Positions 24,713-32,000 of a DNA stretch of 32,000 nucleotides are shown here, one piece after another; positions within the stretch are counted from its first letter, which is position 1; every line of letters starts with the position of its first letter. Source of the DNA: Lewinellaceae bacterium (GTDB lineage Bacteria; Bacteroidota; Bacteroidia; Chitinophagales; Saprospiraceae); NCBI GenBank assembly GCA_947476195.1, contig CANJPT010000010.1, positions 17,167 through 49,166 on the forward strand, read 5' to 3'. A model generated the notes under the pieces. The model was not told where the DNA came from and searched no databases. It saw nothing but the letters and a program-made list of their open reading frames with translations. The translations under genes and the position numbers were made by a program.

Positions 24713-24857
24713 AATGTGGTCAATGAGTAAAATGTGGTCAATGTGATTTGGGCTCGACCAGGCCACATTAAGCACATTGGCCACATTCTTCTAATTGACT
24801 ACATTAATCATATTGAACACATTGTCCACATTAATCTAATTGACCACATTTTACATT
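24713..24857. repeat. 9-bp-periodic two-orientation array of the motif ATTGNNCACATT, filling the whole intergenic region
   Basis: There are four reverse-orientation 9-mers at 24713..24748: aatgtggtc, aatgagtaa, aatgtggtc, aatgtgatt. A 12-nt spacer (tgggctcgacca) follows. Then come ten in-phase forward 9-mers at 24761..24850: ggccacatt, aagcacatt, ggccacatt, cttctaatt, gactacatt, aatcatatt, gaacacatt, gtccacatt, aatctaatt, gaccacatt. A partial unit follows. aatgtggtcaat (24713 and 24731) is the exact reverse complement of attgaccacatt (24839). Confidence 0.85.
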
Positions 24858-26015
24858 ATGATACAAATGGTTGACCTCAAAACCCAATACACCCGCATCA
24901 AGAGCGAGATAGACCGCGAGATGCAGGAAGTATTTGATTCTTGTATTTTCATCGGCGGACCTAAAGTGAATGCTTTTCGGGAAAGCCTGGAGCAATACCT
25001 CGGCGTAAAACACGTCATTCCATGCGCCAATGGTACCGATGCCCTCCAAATTACCATGATGGCTCTTGGCCTAAAACCGGGCGATGAAGTGATCGTCCCG
25101 GCTTTTACCTATGTGGCGACTGCAGAAGTGATCGGATTGCTTGGGCTCACGCCTGTCATGACGGACGTAGACCCTGGCACGATGAATATTACGGCAGCGA
25201 ACATTGAAGCCGCAATCACACCACGTACCAAAGCCATTGTACCGGTCCATTTGTTCGGACAATCAGCCGACATGGCCTCCATCATGGCGCTGGCTAAAAA
25301 GCACAATTTATTTGTAATCGAGGACAATGCGCAGGCGATTGGGGCGGATTATACCTTTCCTGCCGCTGGCACAACGTCCGGTGACGGAGAAACAAAGAAG
25401 ACTGGCACCATCGGTCACTTTGGCTGCACCTCCTTTTTCCCTTCCAAAAACCTCGGCTGCTATGGAGATGGAGGCGCCATGATGACCAACGATGATGCCC
25501 TTGCCGCAAAGGCCCGGATGATTGCCAACCACGGGCAGTCTAAGATGTACTACCATGATGAGATTGGAGTAAACTCCCGGCTGGATGCCATGCAAGCCGT
25601 AATCCTGAATGCAAAACTAAAACACCTCGACGAGTATAATGCCGCCCGAAACCGTGCTGCAGACTACTACGACCGATTTTTCGGGCAAATTCCACAGTTA
25701 CAGATTCCTGCACGCGAAACAAATTCAACACACGTTTTCCACCAGTATACCCTCCAGATCAATACGCCAGATTCGGTGAAAACCCGGGATGAATTGAAAG
25801 CCTTTTTGCTGGAAAAAAGCATCCCATGCATGATCTATTATCCTGTTCCATTGTATGATCAACCCGCATTTGCACCTTTCTGGAAAGACGGAAAATTGCC
25901 TGTAACAGAAGCACTTTGCGCATCGGTGTTTTCGCTACCCATGCACTCGGAAATGACAGAAAGTGTTTTAGCTGAGATCACTGGAGCGGTGAAGGCATTT
26001 TTTGAGACCCGGTAA
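24858..26015 (+). CDS. wbpE: DegT/DnrJ/EryC1/StrS-family PLP aminotransferase (WbpE-like UDP-3-keto-GlcNAcA aminotransferase)
   Basis: It carries MIQMVDLKTQYTRIKSEID..., DALQI, and the PLP-lysine context TSFFPSKNLGCYGDGG. Function is inferred from the family and the neighbouring genes. An alternative start exists at 24867. Confidence 0.8.
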   Translation: MIQMVDLKTQYTRIKSEIDREMQEVFDSCIFIGGPKVNAFRESLEQYLGVKHVIPCANGTDALQITMMALGLKPGDEVIVPAFTYVATAEVIGLLGLTPVMTDVDPGTMNITAANIEAAITPRTKAIVPVHLFGQSADMASIMALAKKHNLFVIEDNAQAIGADYTFPAAGTTSGDGETKKTGTIGHFGCTSFFPSKNLGCYGDGGAMMTNDDALAAKARMIANHGQSKMYYHDEIGVNSRLDAMQAVILNAKLKHLDEYNAARNRAADYYDRFFGQIPQLQIPARETNSTHVFHQYTLQINTPDSVKTRDELKAFLLEKSIPCMIYYPVPLYDQPAFAPFWKDGKLPVTEALCASVFSLPMHSEMTESVLAEITGAVKAFFETR

Positions 26016-26025
26016 AAAATTCAAA

Positions 26026-27000
26026 ATGTCCAATTTCGCATTAATCGGCGCAGCAGGCTACATCGCACCCAGACACATGAAGGCCATTCGTGACACTGGT
26101 CACCGATTGGTGGCAGCATACGACCCTCAGGATTCTGTCGGTGTAATGGATAGTTATTTTCCTGATGCCGACTTTTTCACCGAGTTCGAGCGTTTTGACC
26201 GACATCTTGATAAATTGAAACGACGCGGAAAGTCTATTGACTATCTAAGTATTTGCTCCCCAAATTACCTCCACGATGCGCACATCCGTTTTGGACTGCG
26301 ACTCGGTGCCAATGTGATCTGCGAAAAACCCCTTGTTCTGAATCCCTGGAATGCCGAAGCACTTCAGGAAAACGAAGCAGAAACAGGTAATAAAGTCAAT
26401 ACTATCCTGCAATTACGCTTACATCCTGAATTGATTTCGCTGAAAGAAAAAATCGATCAGTCAAATGTCCAACACGAGGTAGACCTGACTTATATCACTT
26501 CCCGGGGCAATTGGTACTACACTAGTTGGAAAGGTGATCTGGCCAAATCCGGCGGGATCGCTACGAATATTGGTATCCATTTTTTTGATATGCTGATCTG
26601 GATATTTGGACCTGTGAAAGAAAATATAGTGCACCTGCATACCCATGACCGTGCTGCCGGATTCCTCCAATTGGAAAAAGCCCGGGTTCGATGGTTTTTG
26701 AGTATCAATGCAGACACTTTACCTGCACAAGCCAAAGCACAGGACAAACGGACCTACCGCTCTATCATTGTCAATGGGGAGGAAGTGGAGTTCAGTGAGG
26801 GCTTTACCGACCTGCATACCCGCAGTTATGAAGAGATCTTTGCCGGCAACGGCTTCGGCATCGAAACAATTCTTCCTGCCATTAAGATTGCTCATGCCAT
26901 TCGGACCATCGAACCTATTGGACCAAAGGGACATTTTCATCCAATGGCCAGCCTTCCATTAAGTAAACATCCACTCAAAAGTGGGCACTTAAATTGCTGA
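26026..27000 (+). CDS. wbpB: Gfo/Idh/MocA-family oxidoreductase (WbpB/WlbA-like UDP-GlcNAcA 3-dehydrogenase)
   Basis: The N-terminus [33 protein letters not shown] closely resembles the WbpB-type N-terminus as I remember it. It lies between the aminotransferase and the acetyltransferase. Confidence 0.78.
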   Translation: MSNFALIGAAGYIAPRHMKAIRDTGHRLVAAYDPQDSVGVMDSYFPDADFFTEFERFDRHLDKLKRRGKSIDYLSICSPNYLHDAHIRFGLRLGANVICEKPLVLNPWNAEALQENEAETGNKVNTILQLRLHPELISLKEKIDQSNVQHEVDLTYITSRGNWYYTSWKGDLAKSGGIATNIGIHFFDMLIWIFGPVKENIVHLHTHDRAAGFLQLEKARVRWFLSINADTLPAQAKAQDKRTYRSIIVNGEEVEFSEGFTDLHTRSYEEIFAGNGFGIETILPAIKIAHAIRTIEPIGPKGHFHPMASLPLSKHPLKSGHLNC

Positions 27001-27578
27001 TGCCATACTTTTCACATCCTACTGCGATCATAGACCCTGGTGCCCGGATCGGTGAAGGTTCCCGGATCTGGCATTTTTGCCACGTCTCCTCTGGCGCTGT
27101 CTTAGGCGAAAACTGCATTTTGGGGCAAAATGTCTTTGTGGCTGACGGCGTAACCCTTGGCAATGGGGTAAAAGTGCAAAACAATGTCTCTATCTACACC
27201 GGCGTAACTTGCGAAGAAGATGTGTTTCTTGGTCCCAGCATGGTTTTTACCAATGTGATCAACCCGCGCAGTTTTGTATCACGCAAAAACGAATTTCGCC
27301 CTACCCTCGTGAAGCAGGGGGCTAGCATCGGTGCCAACGCAACGGTTATTTGCGGAGTGACCTTGGGACGATATTGTATGATCGGTGCAGGAGCTGTTGT
27401 CACGAAAGATGTACCGGATTTTGCGCTCATAACAGGGGTGCCTGCTCGCCAAACCGGTTGGATGAGCCGGTTGGGACACCATCTCCATTTTGAGGCTAGC
27501 AAAGCAATTTGTGAGGAAAGCAGAGAAACGTATATTCTAAAAGATGGAATATGTTGCTTACAGCACAATATGTTGTGA
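27000..27578 (+). CDS. wbpD: Left-handed beta-helix N-acetyltransferase (WbpD/WlbB-like)
   Basis: Hexapeptide repeats run throughout ([13 protein letters not shown]..., [13 protein letters not shown]..., [14 protein letters not shown]...). ATG 27000..27002 overlaps the wbpB-like TGA (26998..27000) by 1 nt (cTGATGcc). Confidence 0.78.
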   Translation: MPYFSHPTAIIDPGARIGEGSRIWHFCHVSSGAVLGENCILGQNVFVADGVTLGNGVKVQNNVSIYTGVTCEEDVFLGPSMVFTNVINPRSFVSRKNEFRPTLVKQGASIGANATVICGVTLGRYCMIGAGAVVTKDVPDFALITGVPARQTGWMSRLGHHLHFEASKAICEESRETYILKDGICCLQHNML

Positions 27579-27647
27579 TCGGAGACGTACCTGTCCTGTA
27601 AATGCCTTGTCCATATTATCGCTAACCTCAGCCCCTTCTTCAACAAA

Positions 27648-28676
27648 ATGAAGCAAAAAATCCTTCGTTTTACGAAATACTCACTCCTTTTGGGCCTGGC
27701 CATTTTAGCAACAGAGATCTTTTGGCCCAGACACTACAAGGTGCCCACCCAACTCAGAAGAGCGAGCACCCAGTACTGGGATTTGGCCACCGGCTCCAGG
27801 ATCGCGTATAACCTGGTGACCGCCCAAGGACAGAAGAAGCCCACCCCGATCATTTATTTGCATGGCGGATCCGGTGGCCCGATCAATGACAGCAATATCA
27901 AAACTTTAACGCAGCTCGCCCAGGATGGCTACGATGTATATTTGTACGACCAAATTGGAGGTGGATTTTCCAATCGGCTGGATAACCTCGAAGAATATAC
28001 AGCGGAGCGGCACAAACGTGATCTGGAAGCCATTATTCAGAAGATCGGGGCTGAAAAAGTGATCCTGCTTGGCCAATCCTGGGGCGGGATCCTGGCCACC
28101 TTATTCGCTGCTGATTATCCTGAACAGTTGGAAAAACTCATTTTTTCTTGCCCTGGCCCCATTTTACCTATCCGGCCCGAATTAAAATCCGCAATCGCTC
28201 CTGATAGCCTTCAGCTTCGCGAACCTTTCTTTTCGAATGCACAGGGCAATCAGGAGAGCAGCAATTTAAGAACCCGGACAATGTCATACCTCGCAACTGC
28301 ATTTGGAGTGAAACTAGCCTCAGATGAAGAAGCCGACGAGTTTTATACCTATCAAAGCAGTAAAGTAAATAGATCTGTGGTATGCGACACCACCAGATCC
28401 CCCCAAAGCACCGGTGGCGGCGGATTTTATGTCTCCATACGTACGGTTCAAAGCTTCTATGACATTCCTGACCAACGTTCAAAAATGAAAGAGGTTCAGT
28501 GCCCTGTCTTGGTCATGAAAGGACAATGTGACAATCAAAAATGGGGCTTTACAAAAGAGTACCTTGACATCTTTCCGAATAGCCATTTGGTCATGATACC
28601 CAATGCCGGCCATGCGATCGCATTTGAACAACCGGATCTGTACCTTCAGACCATTCGTGATTTTTTAAACAGATGA
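27648..28676 (+). CDS. Alpha/beta-fold hydrolase (proline iminopeptidase-like) with an N-terminal signal or anchor
   Basis: 342 aa with the oxyanion HGGSGGP, the nucleophile elbow GQSWGG and the C-terminal His context NAGHAIAFEQP. The N-terminus is hydrophobic (YSLLLGLAILATEIFW). Confidence 0.8.
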   Translation: MKQKILRFTKYSLLLGLAILATEIFWPRHYKVPTQLRRASTQYWDLATGSRIAYNLVTAQGQKKPTPIIYLHGGSGGPINDSNIKTLTQLAQDGYDVYLYDQIGGGFSNRLDNLEEYTAERHKRDLEAIIQKIGAEKVILLGQSWGGILATLFAADYPEQLEKLIFSCPGPILPIRPELKSAIAPDSLQLREPFFSNAQGNQESSNLRTRTMSYLATAFGVKLASDEEADEFYTYQSSKVNRSVVCDTTRSPQSTGGGGFYVSIRTVQSFYDIPDQRSKMKEVQCPVLVMKGQCDNQKWGFTKEYLDIFPNSHLVMIPNAGHAIAFEQPDLYLQTIRDFLNR

Positions 28677-28827
28677 TCCCTTCAGGCGCTTACCATTGTA
28701 GCGCAGGTCTCCATCAGTTTATTATGCTACAAGGATCAATATTACTGCAATACCCAATCTCCATTTAAAAACAAAACCTGACCTTTGCCACTCCAACCCC
28801 TTGGACTAAGTCGTTTGCTATACTACT

Positions 28828-29934
28828 ATGAAAAAAGCCCTCATCACTGGCATCACTGGCCAGGACGGCGCGTACCTCGCCGAACTTTTATTGAAAAAAG
28901 GCTACGAAGTCCACGGCGTCAAACGACGTTCCTCTCTGTTCAATACAGAGCGTGTAGATCACCTATACCAGGACCCACATGTTGACAACCAACGCTTTGT
29001 TCTGCACCATGGCGACCTTACGGACTCGACCAATCTCATCCGTATCATGCAGCAGGTACAACCGGATGAGGTGTACAACCTCGGTGCCCAAAGTCACGTA
29101 CAAGTGAGTTTTGAAACCCCGGAATATACTGCCAACGCAGATGCTGTGGGCGCCTTACGTCTATTGGAAGCCATCCGATTGTTGGGTCTGAGTGAAAAGA
29201 CCAGGTTTTATCAGGCCAGTACCTCTGAACTTTACGGGCTGGTACAGGAAACACCCCAGCGCGAAAGCACCCCGTTTTACCCACGTTCTCCTTATGGCGT
29301 TGCAAAATTGTATGCCTATTGGATCACAGTGAATTATAGGGAAAGCTATAGCATGTTTGCCTGCAACGGCATCCTGTTCAACCACGAAAGTCCCACCCGA
29401 GGAGAGACCTTTGTGACCCGTAAGATCACCCGGGCCGCGGCAAAAATTTCGCTCGGCTTACAAGATAAACTTTTTCTGGGCAATCTTGATGCGCAGCGCG
29501 ACTGGGGACATGCCCGCGATTATGTGGAAGCCATGTGGCTCATGATGCAACAAACGGAAGCCGAAGATTTTGTGATCGCCACAGGGAAGACCACTGCAGT
29601 TCGTGAATTCTGCCGGATGGCATTCCATGAACTTGGGGTGGAATTGGAATTTCGCGGGAGCGGCGTGGAAGAGCGTGGATTTGTAGCGCGTTCATCCAGT
29701 CCAAATCTAAAGCCTGGCCAGGAGGTCATTGCCATTGATCCACGCTATTTTCGACCTGCAGAAGTGGATCTGTTGGTGGGCGATGCGAGTAAAGCGAAGG
29801 AAAAATTGGGCTGGGTCGCTAAGCGAACTTTAGCCGAATTGGTAGCCGAAATGGTAGCAAGCGACCTGCTACTTTTCAAGCGGGAAGAATATTTGAAAGA
29901 AGGCGGATTCGAAATTCGAAATGAGTTTGAATAA
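28828..29934 (+). CDS. gmd: GDP-mannose 4,6-dehydratase
   Basis: [30 protein letters not shown]... plus the [10 protein letters not shown] catalytic YxxxK context and NHESPTRG are canonical Gmd features. Confidence 0.95.
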   Translation: MKKALITGITGQDGAYLAELLLKKGYEVHGVKRRSSLFNTERVDHLYQDPHVDNQRFVLHHGDLTDSTNLIRIMQQVQPDEVYNLGAQSHVQVSFETPEYTANADAVGALRLLEAIRLLGLSEKTRFYQASTSELYGLVQETPQRESTPFYPRSPYGVAKLYAYWITVNYRESYSMFACNGILFNHESPTRGETFVTRKITRAAAKISLGLQDKLFLGNLDAQRDWGHARDYVEAMWLMMQQTEAEDFVIATGKTTAVREFCRMAFHELGVELEFRGSGVEERGFVARSSSPNLKPGQEVIAIDPRYFRPAEVDLLVGDASKAKEKLGWVAKRTLAELVAEMVASDLLLFKREEYLKEGGFEIRNEFE

Positions 29935-30002
29935 GAAAAGAAAAGTTTTTATCCCAAAATTCTGTAGGTTTAAGATATCTGCAAGGTTTAAGCAGGAGTT
30001 CT

Positions 30003-30953
30003 ATGCACATAAATGACAAGATATACATAGCTGGCCACCGAGGAATGGTGGGCTCGGCCATCCTGAGAAAACTCCAGACAGCGGGTTTTGCAAATTTTGC
30101 ACTTGCGGATTCAAGCGCACTTGATCTGCGCAACCAGTTGGAGGTTAGCGAATTTTTTCGACGAAAAAAGCCTGACCATGTGTTCCTTGCAGCGGCCAAA
30201 GTCGGCGGAATTTTCGCAAACGATACCTACCGGGCTGAGTTCCTATACGATAATTTGATGATTCAGGCCAATGTAATTGAATCTGCTTATCGCCATGGCG
30301 TAGAAAAACTGATGTTCCTCGGCTCCTCTTGTATTTACCCAAAACTGGCCCCGCAACCCTTAAAAGAAGCGGCATTGTTAACTGGCCTTTTAGAGCCCAC
30401 CAACGAGCCTTATGCCATCGCTAAAATCGCAGGAATCAAACTTTGCGATGCTTATCGGGCGCAATATGGTTCTAATTTTATCAGTGTAATGCCCACCAAT
30501 CTGTATGGGCCCAATGATAATTATCATCCACAGAACAGCCATGTGTTGCCTGCTTTGTTGCGTAAATTTCACGAAGCAAAAATAGCCAACGCGCCTTTTG
30601 TTACCCTCTGGGGTACCGGCACACCACGCCGCGAATTCCTCCACGTAGACGACCTCGCTGATGCTTGTTTTTATTTGATGCAGCACTACAATGAACCAGC
30701 ATTTGTGAATATCGGTACAGGGGAGGATCTTCCAATTTTTGAACTGGCCTTAATGGTCCAGCGTATCGTTGGCTACCATGGCACTATACAGCATGACCCT
30801 AGCAAACCCGATGGAACGCCTCGTAAACTTTTGGATGTAAGCAAATTAACCGGACTTGGCTGGAAAGCCAAAATTAATTTGGAAGCAGGCATACAAGCAG
30901 TTTATCAGGAGGTAAAAGACAAATTAAACCCTCAGGCATCCCTTACATCATAG
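30003..30953 (+). CDS. fcl: GDP-L-fucose synthase (GDP-4-keto-6-deoxy-D-mannose 3,5-epimerase/4-reductase)
   Basis: [40 protein letters not shown] and NLYGPNDNY are canonical Fcl/WcaG features. It lies immediately after gmd. Confidence 0.94.
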   Translation: MHINDKIYIAGHRGMVGSAILRKLQTAGFANFALADSSALDLRNQLEVSEFFRRKKPDHVFLAAAKVGGIFANDTYRAEFLYDNLMIQANVIESAYRHGVEKLMFLGSSCIYPKLAPQPLKEAALLTGLLEPTNEPYAIAKIAGIKLCDAYRAQYGSNFISVMPTNLYGPNDNYHPQNSHVLPALLRKFHEAKIANAPFVTLWGTGTPRREFLHVDDLADACFYLMQHYNEPAFVNIGTGEDLPIFELALMVQRIVGYHGTIQHDPSKPDGTPRKLLDVSKLTGLGWKAKINLEAGIQAVYQEVKDKLNPQASLTS

Positions 30954-30978
30954 TTCATACATCATAGTTCATACATCA
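30944..30978. repeat. 14-bp tandem duplication (2.5 copies of tacatcatagttca) spanning the fcl stop codon
   Basis: Unit 1 is 30944..30957, unit 2 is 30958..30971, and a partial unit (tacatca) is 30972..30978. The fcl TAG (30951..30953) lies in unit 1 and is repeated in unit 2. The array ends 2 nt before the next ATG. Confidence 0.85.
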
Positions 30979-30980
30979 AA

Positions 30981-32000
30981 ATGAATCACACCTACGTAGC
31001 CATCATGGCGGGTGGCGTTGGAAGCCGCTTTTGGCCCGGCAGCCGGGAAGCCCGTCCAAAACAATTCCTCGACATGCTTGGCGTGGGCAAGAGTCTGCTA
31101 CGCCTCACTTTTGAGCGTTTTTTGCCTGTTTGTCCTGCCAGCCATATTTTCATCGTCACTAATGCTGCCTACAAGGATCTTATCCTCGAGCAGATTCCGG
31201 AAATTTTGGACAATCAGATCCTGTGCGAACCAAGCCGAAACAATACAGCTCCATGTGTGGCATGGACTGCGTTCAAACTTGCCGCCTTAGATCCTAAGGC
31301 CAATTTCGTGATCGCACCTTCAGACCATATTGTGTTGAAGGAGACCGCCTTTCTTGAAAAAATCCATGCGGCACTCGACTTTTCTGCCAACCATGACGCC
31401 CTGCTCACCCTTGGCATTCAGCCTTCCCGCCCGGATACGGGGTACGGCTACATTCAATTTGGTGAAGAGGCCGATGCTGGCGTCCGAAAAGTGCTCCGCT
31501 TTGCGGAAAAACCCAGCTTACCAATTGCAGAACAATACATAGAGTCAGGCGAGTATCTCTGGAATGCAGGTATTTTTATTTGGCGTGCCGAGACCATTCT
31601 TCATGCATACAAAGCGCTGGCACCCGAGATTTATGGTATTTTGGAAAAAGGTCTCGAGGTATACAATACCCCGGATGAACAGGCATTTATAGATGCAGCC
31701 TACCCTACTACACCCAATATTTCGGTAGATTTTGCCATCATGGAAAATGCTTCCAACGTCTTTACCATCCCTTCTGAATTTGGCTGGAGCGACCTCGGAA
31801 CCTGGGCAAGCCTTCATGCAGAGTGTCCAAAGGATGAAAACGGTAATGCACTGCAGGGCAATATCATCGCACTCGATACGCATGACACGCTTGTGCGCAT
31901 TCCTGAGGGCAAACTTGCAGTAATCAAGGATCTAAAGGATTATATTGTAGTAGATACACCTGATGCGCTGCTCATTTACCCGAAATCCAAGGAACAGGAA
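30981..32000 (+). CDS. manC: Mannose-1-phosphate guanylyltransferase (partial; continues past the right edge)
   Basis: Hand translation from ATG 30981 gives MNHTYVAIMAGGVGSRFWPGSREARPKQFLDMLG...CEPSRNNTAPCVAW...GIQPSRPDTGYGYIQFGE...EKPSLPIAEQYIESGEYLWNAGIFIW...FGWSDLGTW. This is 340 open codons reaching position 32000. The nucleotidyltransferase GGxGxRFWP motif is present. It is absent from the ORF track because it has no stop in the window. Confidence 0.9.
   Translation, partial: MNHTYVAIMAGGVGSRFWPGSREARPKQFLDMLGVGKSLLRLTFERFLPVCPASHIFIVTNAAYKDLILEQIPEILDNQILCEPSRNNTAPCVAWTAFKLAALDPKANFVIAPSDHIVLKETAFLEKIHAALDFSANHDALLTLGIQPSRPDTGYGYIQFGEEADAGVRKVLRFAEKPSLPIAEQYIESGEYLWNAGIFIWRAETILHAYKALAPEIYGILEKGLEVYNTPDEQAFIDAAYPTTPNISVDFAIMENASNVFTIPSEFGWSDLGTWASLHAECPKDENGNALQGNIIALDTHDTLVRIPEGKLAVIKDLKDYIVVDTPDALLIYPKSKEQE

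Noticed and set aside
24713-24857. The 9-mer array as a possible CRISPR array or a coding tandem repeat.
   Set aside because: The units are 9 bp with no spacers, far shorter than CRISPR repeats. The region lies between a stop codon and the next start codon, so it is non-coding.
29968-29995. A short direct repeat, aggtttaag, occurring twice in the gmd-fcl spacer.
   Set aside because: It is only 9 bp in two copies, with no symmetry or known motif. This is within chance expectation.

Overview
This window looks like a chromosomal segment of a Bacteroidota-type bacterium. The supporting signs are a T9SS C-terminal sorting tail, a dcw cluster without murF, multiple GxxExxY genes and TAnnTTTG-type promoter motifs. 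I cannot name the species.

Layout:
- 1-17133 (minus strand): a complete division/cell-wall (dcw) cluster in the order mraZ-rsmH-ftsL-ftsI-murE-mraY-murD-[GxxExxY]-[GT4 glycosyltransferase]-ftsW-[GxxExxY pseudogene]-murG-[lipoprotein]-murC-[105-aa ORF]-ftsQ-ftsA. ftsA runs off the left edge and is missing from the ORF track.
- 17134-17724: a 590-bp AT-rich leader.
- 17725-23261: an S8 peptidase, a cohesin-like T9SS cargo protein, an orphan ORF, a DUF853/HerA-like ATPase and a NUDIX hydrolase.
- 23421-32000 (plus strand): a sugar-nucleotide block. It holds a WbpA/E/B/D-like set for UDP-2,3-diacetamido-2,3-dideoxy-glucuronate, an alpha/beta hydrolase, gmd, fcl, and a partial mannose-1-phosphate guanylyltransferase that runs off the right edge.

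The most unusual content is structural rather than enzymatic:
1. Two GxxExxY (PD-(D/E)XK-fold) cassettes lie inside the dcw operon, each bracketed by inverted repeats. One pair of arms is 53 nt long with 49/53 complementary positions, and it also supplies the last codons of murD.
2. A roughly 90-bp nested-hairpin, MITE-like element with 8-bp flanking direct repeats lies between ftsL and ftsI.
3. An intergenic region between two wbp-like genes is filled entirely by a 9-bp-periodic, two-orientation array of the motif ATTGNNCACATT.

No rRNA, tRNA or CRISPR array was seen. All calls come from reading the sequence by eye; no searches were run.
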